Shown here piece by piece: positions 17,986-25,429 of a stretch of 25,429 bases of DNA; position 1 is the first letter of the stretch, and every line of letters begins with the position of its first letter. The position numbers and the translations under genes were made by a program. The DNA is from Craspedostauros australis (lineage: Eukaryota). The notes beneath the pieces are model-generated. The model was not told the origin of the DNA. It did no database searches and saw only the letters and a program-made list of their open reading frames with translations. The stretch spans positions 62,001 through 87,429 of the forward strand of contig JALAGF010002407.1 in assembly GCA_030167865.1 (NCBI GenBank), in the 5' to 3' direction.

Positions 17986-20900
17986 TCAACCTGAGTTGTC
18001 TGTCAACACCGACACGTTGTCACTATCGTCGTCATCGTTGTGAACGGCTTGACTCCTGTTGCCATCGTCGCCACCTCCGGTTCTGCCTTTGTCAAACGCT
18101 GTGCCAGTCGTGTTCGATTTCGAAGCTGACGTGTGCGTACGGCCTTCAATACCGTTGCCAGCGCTGTTCTTGGAACGCGTGTCGGTTGGACTTGGGCGTG
18201 GCACAATCTCAAAGCCTGCGAGATTTGTCGGCGACGCAATGCCAAGCACTTCTGCGATGGTCTGGTTGCGATGGTTCCAGGCCGCCAGCTTTGAATTCGG
18301 CCTGCCATCATCGTATGCCGTGGTCACGAACTGCCCACGTCGTTTCTTGATGTCATCCACCTTGATCTTGCAGCCCCAGGCTGCGTAGTGCTCGACTGCG
18401 TTGTTGAAGTGGTCGCCGACCATGTCTGCCGCGTCATGCAGCATGCAGTGCTCCCCCGCGAGTTCGTACGCAAGGGCTGTGTCATTGATGCATGTGGATT
18501 GCGTGGCGGAGATGATCGCCAGGTTGTATGCGTGCTGTATTTTGGAATGACGCTTGTTCTTGATGGTGATCGAGAGCTCCTCTGCTTCGAGCAACAATGC
18601 CTGGTGGATCCAGTTGCGCCCTCTGGTCTTGCCGAGATGGCGTAACGCCTTGATAGATTTGCGCAGGGTCGTTAGGTAGCGACTGCTGCCGGTCTCCCTG
18701 TATCTTCCTGCCGAGATCAAGCCCGACAAGTACGGCATCATTATCAAAGGAAAATATGATGGATCCTTCGGAGCGAAGATGCGGAAGCATTTGTACAAGC
18801 GTTCCGCGGTTATATATCGGCGATCGTGGATCGAAAGGCAAATCCGACTGTAGAAGTGGACCGAATTTCGGCCGTCTTGGGTTGGATCCAATGACTCCTC
18901 GTCGATACCTATCTTGGCCTCAGCCTCGAATTCTTCCCATAGGACTGGCTCGTCTCCGGCCAGCCACTGCAGCAGGGGCAGCGTTTCCTTCACCATCTCG
19001 ATGTGCGAGAAGACTTCGTATGTGATGTGTTGTTGAGTGGTTGCATGCGTTGCTTCGATCAGTTGCCTCAGCTCAAAACCAATAACGAACGCGAATCCAA
19101 GGCAAATGTGTAGGTTCAACAGCCCCATCTCAAACTCTCCAACTTCCATGGACTCGTGATGACCTTGTTGGCAGCGTCGCAGCAACTTTGTGAAAGGGAC
19201 GCTGAACGATGAGATGCAATTGACAACGAGAATGGAAACAAGGCCTCTCTTCGACTTTCCATTGATTCTATCAAGGATCGCGGATGCAATATCTGCACCA
19301 CGCTGCCCCATGGCCTGGTCTCCCATCATGCTCTTAATTAGACCATAGTCGGCAAATGCGCTTGCCGATTCCTCACAAACACCATGCTGAATGGTTCTGA
19401 GAATCATCTTGCAGAGGTTGAATACCATCAATATTGCTTTGTTGGTAATGTGGCAACAAAAGCCAAAGTCAGCACAGATCTTCATGGCGTAGATCTTCTT
19501 GGGGTCTGTCATCAATGGCATCGACACGATCTCATCGTTGGTATGGTTCTTCATGAAAGTATTGATCTTCAACAATGATCGCACGATACGCACAGCATAC
19601 CATCGCTTCGGGAACTCATTCAGCGCTCGTAGTGCCTGCTTATCCATTCTTCGGGCGTCCGCATGACGATGCTCCCTGCCCAGCGCCTTTGCCATCACAT
19701 AGTATGTGGGGAGCTTGTCCTCGAACGACCGAGCTCTCTCCACCACTTCCTTGCCAAGATCGTACCCGGCCTCGAAGCGGTTCAGCGATAGTTCAACGTC
19801 GCAGCGAGCGCGGTACAGCCGCAGACATGCGTCATAGTGGTCTTCGTTGTCCCACGCTGACGAAGTATTGGCTTGGTGGGTCGTGATGGTGGTGGCGGCG
19901 ACGACGGTGGTAAGCTTGGAACTCTTCACCAGACGTAAGGCAACGGATGCGTTTCCCAAGTATTCAGATGCCGATTCCAGAGCTCCCATTTGCAACGCCT
20001 TCTCGCCGACCTCGAGGTTCATCATGACGGTGAACATGTGATCCTTGGTCTGAACGGCGTTGAGATGATCGGCTGCCACGAACAGCAGGCCATCAGTCGC
20101 ATCGGGCCCCAAAGATGCTGATACTGATGATGGTATTGGTGCTTCAGTCGATAAGTCGGAGCTTGTTGCTTTCGATGGTACGCCAACGTTTTGTGGCGGT
20201 CGATGGCGCTGCTGACTTGAGGCTTTGGTCATCTTCGGACGATTCTTCTTGTGGATGCGGTCTTTGCCATCGCTCTCCTTGGCGGCGTCTTGTCCCTTTG
20301 CATCTTGATGTGGATTTGGACGTTGATGCTCTTCGTCGTGCAGCGAGCTCCGATACTTCTCCAGCAAGCAGTGACCGATGCGCAATCGTAGCTTGTCGCG
20401 GGTCTCACCGGGTGGGATCATGCCGTACGCGGCCTGCTGGATACGATCATGTGCGAAGTGATACATGGCGCCACCGATGGGATTGATTATCAAGCGTTCC
20501 AGCACGGCCTGTTCCAGCACATCGGATAGTGCTGGCGCGTTGGCAACGACGCCCGCTGTATCAGTTGCAGTATCGACCACGCCGTCAACATGGGCTTGCT
20601 CATTCTGCAGCACATGTTGTAGGATGGAAACATGGAAGGCTGATCCGATGTATGCCGCAACGGCCAATACTCTTTGCAACAGTAGCGGGAGCTCCTCGAG
20701 CTTGAATTTGATGACATGGACGATGCTGTGACTGATGGGAAGGTCGGCACTGCGGACGCTGCCGTCACCGTCGATATCACCCTTGCCTCCTTGGTTTGGA
20801 ATCTTCTATTCCCACTGGGCCGATGCCTGGTTGTACGTGAGAATGTTCTTCCTCTCCAGCTCTTCCAACGCCTGCATCGTGAAGAAGATGTTGCCATTGG

Positions 20901-22239
20901 TCTTGGCGTGCAGCTTCCTTGAGAGGATGTCGATGTCTTGACAAGGCAGCAAGGTTGTGAGCCATGCAGTCATGTCTGGTAGCGACAGGTTGGTGATGGT
21001 GACGTGCTGGAGTGTGCGATGACGTTGTTGCCGCTGGTGACGACCGGCTCCATCAACTTGAGATGCAGGTGCAAATCGTTGCAAGAAAGATGTCGACAGT
21101 GGATGGTCCGATGGCAGCTCCAGTACTTCATCGTTGTGCGGACTCGTGTCCTGCCGAATGGCACCCAGTAGAAGGAAGCTCTTCAGCTCTGTATCTTCAA
21201 CTAGATTCGCCAGCAGGCGCAAAGCCACGCTGGATGACCATTGCAGATCGTCCAGGAACATGTAGATGGGGCGTTCCTTGGTGGAGACGGCCTTGATGAA
21301 CTGCAGGAAGATGTACTGTAGCTGATTCCACGAGCTGTCGCCTAGCAGCTGGGTTGATGTCGACATTGACAACGACGATGAACCGCCGATTCGGTTCTGA
21401 CTGTTGCTCATGCTTGCCGTGCTGCTGCCGACTTCGATGTCGTGGCTGGTGCGACCTCGTCGGAGTGTCGAATGATGTGTCACAGATCCATCCTCACGCA
21501 CCGTTGCGTTTGGCGAAAGGATGGAAAGGGCCGGCACCACATTGATCAACGGATCGAATCCATCGGTCGGGAAGACCGCTTTGACGCACTGGCGGACCCG
21601 ATCGAGCTCCTCTTGCTGTCCGCGCTTGAGCTGAGATGTGAAATCGCGCATAGCCTGCGCGATGGCGGAGAATGGATCGCTGCTGCCATTGTACTCGTCG
21701 TGCTTGCCACGCAGCACGTAGCAGCAAGTGCAGGTGCGGGCTTGCGACTTGGTTGGTTGTTGTGTCGCTGTTGTCGCTTGTTGCTGGTCGGCGAGGTCAT
21801 CTTTTGGCTGTGCATTGCATGTGCAGCACGTCTGCAGGAAGTGATCGATCAGAGCTGACTTTCCTGTCCCGCTGATGCCCCAGACCAGCACGGCAGGGTA
21901 CGCAGTTGACTTGGCGTCCCTCGATTTCGATGCTCCAATGACTTGGTTGTTGACGTCATGGAGCTGCTGCAGTTCGTGTTGCCTGCCAAGAAAGCACGCG
22001 GATGATCGCCAGGAGGCCGTGTCATTTGATCGTCGCCGTTTGCTGCCTGGATCAGATGGATTGGCGAGGTCATCGGCGGTGGAAGGAGGAGGCGGCATGA
22101 TGCCCTGATGATTACTGCCACTTGACTCGGTCTTCACGTCTCCATTGTTGCTAATGATATCAGCGAGCATGGTGGGATCGTGTAAGAGTTCAGTTGCCTG
22201 CACGGTTTGAATCGTTGCGGAGTCCATTGTCGGCGACAT
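17986..22239 (-). pseudogene. Large COG3899-type (AAA_16/STAND) ATPase with helical/TPR-like C-terminus, ~1417 codons, interrupted by one in-frame TAG at 20806-20808
   Basis: Walker A VLVWGISGTGKS, Walker B MFLDDLQWS, TNGNIFF, YHFAHDRIQQAAY, ALAYELAGE..HYAAWG..KV. The two listed ORFs (20806..22239 and 17986..20679) share a frame and the 42 codons between them are open. Could be a nonsense allele, an assembly error or recoding. Confidence 0.7.
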
Positions 22240-23195
22240 GGGGGATGGTGACTGTGATGGCTGTGGGAAATGTGAAGCGTCGTGTGTCCTTGATCTGAAC
22301 TGGACTCGGGCTCATCCACCGAGTATGAATGAAGGAAAGAATGTGGGCTCGATGAGATTGTGGCACGAGATACTTTCTTCTTGCGATTTGGTTGTGTGTG
22401 CGATGTTGTTGTTGCGGTGGGGTGCTGGTATGGAGTCTGCACTGACACTGTCCCCTGTAAGATGATGGCCTCGAAAGATGTGATCTTGCTGGTGACAGTA
22501 CAATACACATCTGGGTCCCGCACTCGGTAGTGGATGACTGGAGCGGTTCAATCTCCTTTCCTTCTGTATGGCAATCGGAGGGGTTTGAGGCGGCGATCGG
22601 CATCTCAGCTGTGTCCTGTCTTTCTGCACACTCATTGACACGCTCCAATTTCGCCTCTCAGTCCAACGGCAACAAAGAGACACCATCCGTCACAAAGACC
22701 GAACAACCACGCTTTTGGCGCGAATTGGTTAGCACTCCCGTCCCGCCGCAAGTTTGCTCGTGGCTGCAGCTCGTACCCTCTCTCAAACCGAGGAGAAGCT
22801 CGATGGTTTGGAGCGACATGTGATTGTAAGAAAGAGAAACGCGTCGATACCGTTTCCGTCGAGGTGGGTCATGGGGACCGTTCACTGTTTCGAAACGAAA
22901 CAACTGGTTTCTCCTCTCCTCCTTGCAGAACTGGTGACCAAGGAGTATAATGCCGCTCCGCCATGATGGCGATGCGATGTGCTCTTTGCCGCACAGAGGG
23001 GTGCCCTGCCAGCGAAACCGAGGTGTGCGCTGACATGGGTACGAACTGTGTTTGCACTCTTGGACACAAACCGGGATATGTATGAAACCGTTGAAACGGC
23101 GTTACACGATAGCCGCCACTACCAATCATGGACGACACAGCAATGAGACAACAGCACTGACGCATACGACATCGATAAGACTCATAATCTGCATC

Positions 23196-23262
23196 NNNNN
23201 NNNNNNNNNNNNNNNNNNNNNNNNNNNNNNNNNNNNNNNNNNNNNNNNNNNNNNNNNNNNNN
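23196..23262. other. Assembly gap (67 N)
   Basis: Run of N immediately upstream of the retrotransposon leader; it may hide a collapsed LTR. Confidence 0.99.
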
Positions 23263-23719
23263 ATGCGGGCATGTGCGAGCGTGCAGGGACCGCCTGAAGA
23301 GGCGACGATAACACTGGGACCCCGCTCCGAGGGTGGACCGTCACCAAGCCGGCACTGCTTGAACTGTGCTACATCCTCTTTGACCATGGTGTGTTGACGC
23401 AGAGTGACCGGCGTCAACGGGATGCAATCCCACCGTTTGCATTGCGAGGTGTGGATGACACTGGTGGACGCACCGACCGTAGGTCACACGGAAATCCCTA
23501 CTGAGACACACGCTGTCATCAGCGAAAAGATCGTGTGCCTTGTTGCCCGGTCTGTGCTTCTCATCGTGGATCGATACCGCGAAAACACACGTTGAAACGC
23601 TTTTTCACGTCGAAAACACACCATGTCCCAGTGTGATTTTCTTGACAACACAATCCCTCTCTCTCCTTACTACTTCTCCCTCATCCTCATCAACAACACT
23701 ACACGCGAACATCAACAAC

Positions 23720-25213
23720 ATGGCAGCCGTAGCAAACCCCAACGTCAACGAAATACGTGACTATTGCAAGAACGTACTCAGCTTCCCCGACGATGATATC
23801 GTCGATGCTTTGGAGGATCAAGGCTTGACCAAATTCGACGATTTCCTCTCCATCACCGACGAAGGCGTTACTGCCCTGTGCAAGCGCATCTGTGACGGTA
23901 GCGGATTCATCGAAAATCCTGCATACAAGGCGGGAGCCAAGGGCAACATACCACCGCAAATCAAGGATCCAGGCATCAGCGTTGGCTGGGTTCATGAAAC
24001 GAAACTGCGCCAACTTCGCTATGCACGATTCCATTTTCAACGCATTCAACGTCCTTTCACGGCGGCAGAGGCGCCCATGGATCGCCTCGTTGCACTATGG
24101 GAGCTCTTCCTCGAGGAACAACGCATCAAGAAGGAAACCGAGATGGACATGCCAGAACGGCTGGTCAAAGTGGACCGTGTCCGTGATAGCCTCGAAGACA
24201 TTCAGAACTACCTGGAGAACACACATGGTGCACTTGACACTCCGCTTTCCTATGTGATCCGTGAGGATTCACGTAAACCCGAAGACCGCACACCGGCCAT
24301 CAATGACGGGTTTGGTGTACCCACCATGAAGGAGGAGCTGATCGATCGTGCAATCCATGAAGGCATCCGCTATGATGCTGACAACGCGAAAGTATGGCAG
24401 GTGGTTCGTCATGTCACTCACGGCGGACCTGCATGGGCTTGGGTCCAAGGCTTCGAGCGCGCACGCAATGGTCGTGCAGCATTTATTGCTCTCAAGGAAC
24501 ACTATCACGGTGACTCCTTTCAGGCGCGCACCAAGGCAGCAGCATCCAAGACAATTGCAACCAGCTTCTATGACGGCAAATCGCGTTAATTCACCTTCGA
24601 ACGATACGCACAGATCATGAAAGGCGCATTCGAAGACATGGCACGATGCGGTGAACCACTCGTGAACGCGGCGAAAGTGCGTCACTTCATCGATGGTATC
24701 CGTGATTCTCGTCTCGACAGCGCATGCGTTGCTATCAAGATCAACGAAGCCCTTCGTGAAGACCTACCTGGTGCAATCAATGTCCTGAGCGAAGTCATTG
24801 ACCACAAACAAATTGCGTCACCCAGACGCTCCATTGGCGCGATGGACCGCGGCAAAGGCGGTCGTGGTAATCGCAACGGAACACCAAGCAAGGGTGGTCG
24901 CGGAGGTCAAGGCAAACCCAAGAAGTACGACCCGAACATGGTCATCACCGATCGTCACTACTCACCCGACGAATGGTCGGTCATGTCATCCGCACAGAAG
25001 ACCAAGGCACTGGAGATGCGTGCTGAACGAGACAAACGCCGTGGGGTCATGTCGGTGGGCAGAAACACGCCATCGAAACGTCCTCATGAAGAGACGGCTG
25101 GTCATTACGGGCCGACTGATGCTGCTAACCAAGGCGGTAGTCCATCTGGTACCAACAATCAGGCTGGAATTGGCAGCATGGCCACCCGCCGCAACCAGCA
25201 AGGACGCTCTTGA
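23720..25213 (+). pseudogene. gag: Retrotransposon gag with an internal in-frame TAA at 24587-24589
   Basis: ATG at 23720. ORFs 23540..24589 and 24617..25213 share a frame and read YDGKSR*FTFERYAQIMKGAF; terminal TGA at 25211-25213. Confidence 0.75.
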
Positions 25214-25429
25214 CCGCGAGGTCACACTCGGCGGCTCACATCCGTCAGCATGTCTCTGTCATCTGACACCCCACGGGCAGAGCTCGATTCGCATGCAGAT
25301 ACATGTTGTTTTGGTGACACTGCGTACATCGTGCATCAGACCGACCAAACCGTCACTGCAACTCCTTTTATTGACTCACTTGGGTCCATCGATAATGCAC
25401 CAATCGTCACAGCTGCGATAGCATACGAT
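25214..25429 (+). CDS. pol: Retrotransposon pol, N-terminal aspartic protease (3'-partial; not in the ORF track)
   Basis: Hand translation in the gag frame: PRGHTRRLTSVSMSLSSDTPRAELDSHADTCCFGDTAYIVHQTDQTVTATPFIDSLGSIDNAPIVTAAIAYD; catalytic D at 25286. Confidence 0.85.

Larger units (their letters stand above)
23263..25429 (+). mobile_element. Ty1/Copia-type LTR retrotransposon (diatom CoDi-like), 5' part: leader, gag and start of pol; left boundary uncertain, runs off the window end
   Basis: Gag motifs PLSYVIR, DNAKVW, AWAWV..., NGRAAFIALKEHYHG, YDG...FTFERY, KVRHFIDGI, followed by the aspartic protease motif ELDSHADTCC. Confidence 0.85.

Noticed and set aside
20800-20815. Idea that the PPR protein (predicted target begins UAG) binds the ATPase premature stop
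   Set aside because: The context is UAGAAGAUU, not UAGUUCYUU, and the PPR protein appears organelle-targeted.
22869-23417. ORFs crossing the N run
   Set aside because: Artefacts of translating through an assembly gap.
23716-23735. CAACA followed by TGGCAGCCGTAG as a possible LTR end plus tRNA-Leu-like PBS
   Set aside because: It overlaps the gag ATG and leaves no leader; unverifiable without the second LTR and host tRNA set.
24798-25421. 207-aa ORF spanning the gag end, suggesting a frameshifted pol
   Set aside because: The protease motif DSHAD lies in the gag frame, not this one, so no frameshift is needed.
1-25429. CRISPR array, operon or prokaryotic defence island; functional gene cluster
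   Set aside because: No repeat-spacer array; intron, targeting peptides and gene content are eukaryotic, and neighbouring genes have unrelated functions.

Overview
Compact eukaryotic nuclear DNA, most likely from a (pennate) diatom. The evidence is dense, mostly intronless genes on alternating strands, one GT-AG intron, a bipartite signal peptide + 'AF' plastid-targeting leader, and a CoDi-like Copia retrotransposon. In order: 3' end of an unidentified gene (+); PqiA/LetA-like multi-pass membrane protein (-); ~15-repeat PPR protein (+); APE2-type AP endonuclease with PIP boxes (-); MAK11/PAK1IP1-like WD40 protein (-); GT64/EXTL2-like glycosyltransferase (+); a two-exon plastid-targeted Rieske-fold protein whose metal site is CxxC...CxxC rather than CxH...CxxH (-); COQ5 (+); a ~1417-codon COG3899-type STAND/AAA ATPase broken by one in-frame TAG where Trp is expected (-); a 67-N assembly gap; and the 5' part of a Copia element whose gag and protease are in frame and separated by a single UGA-C stop in a hairpin. 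Best leads: the all-Cys Rieske-fold plastid protein, the gag-pol readthrough signal, the TAG-for-Trp ATPase, and a readable PPR-code target. All product calls come from motif recognition by eye; no database searches were run.
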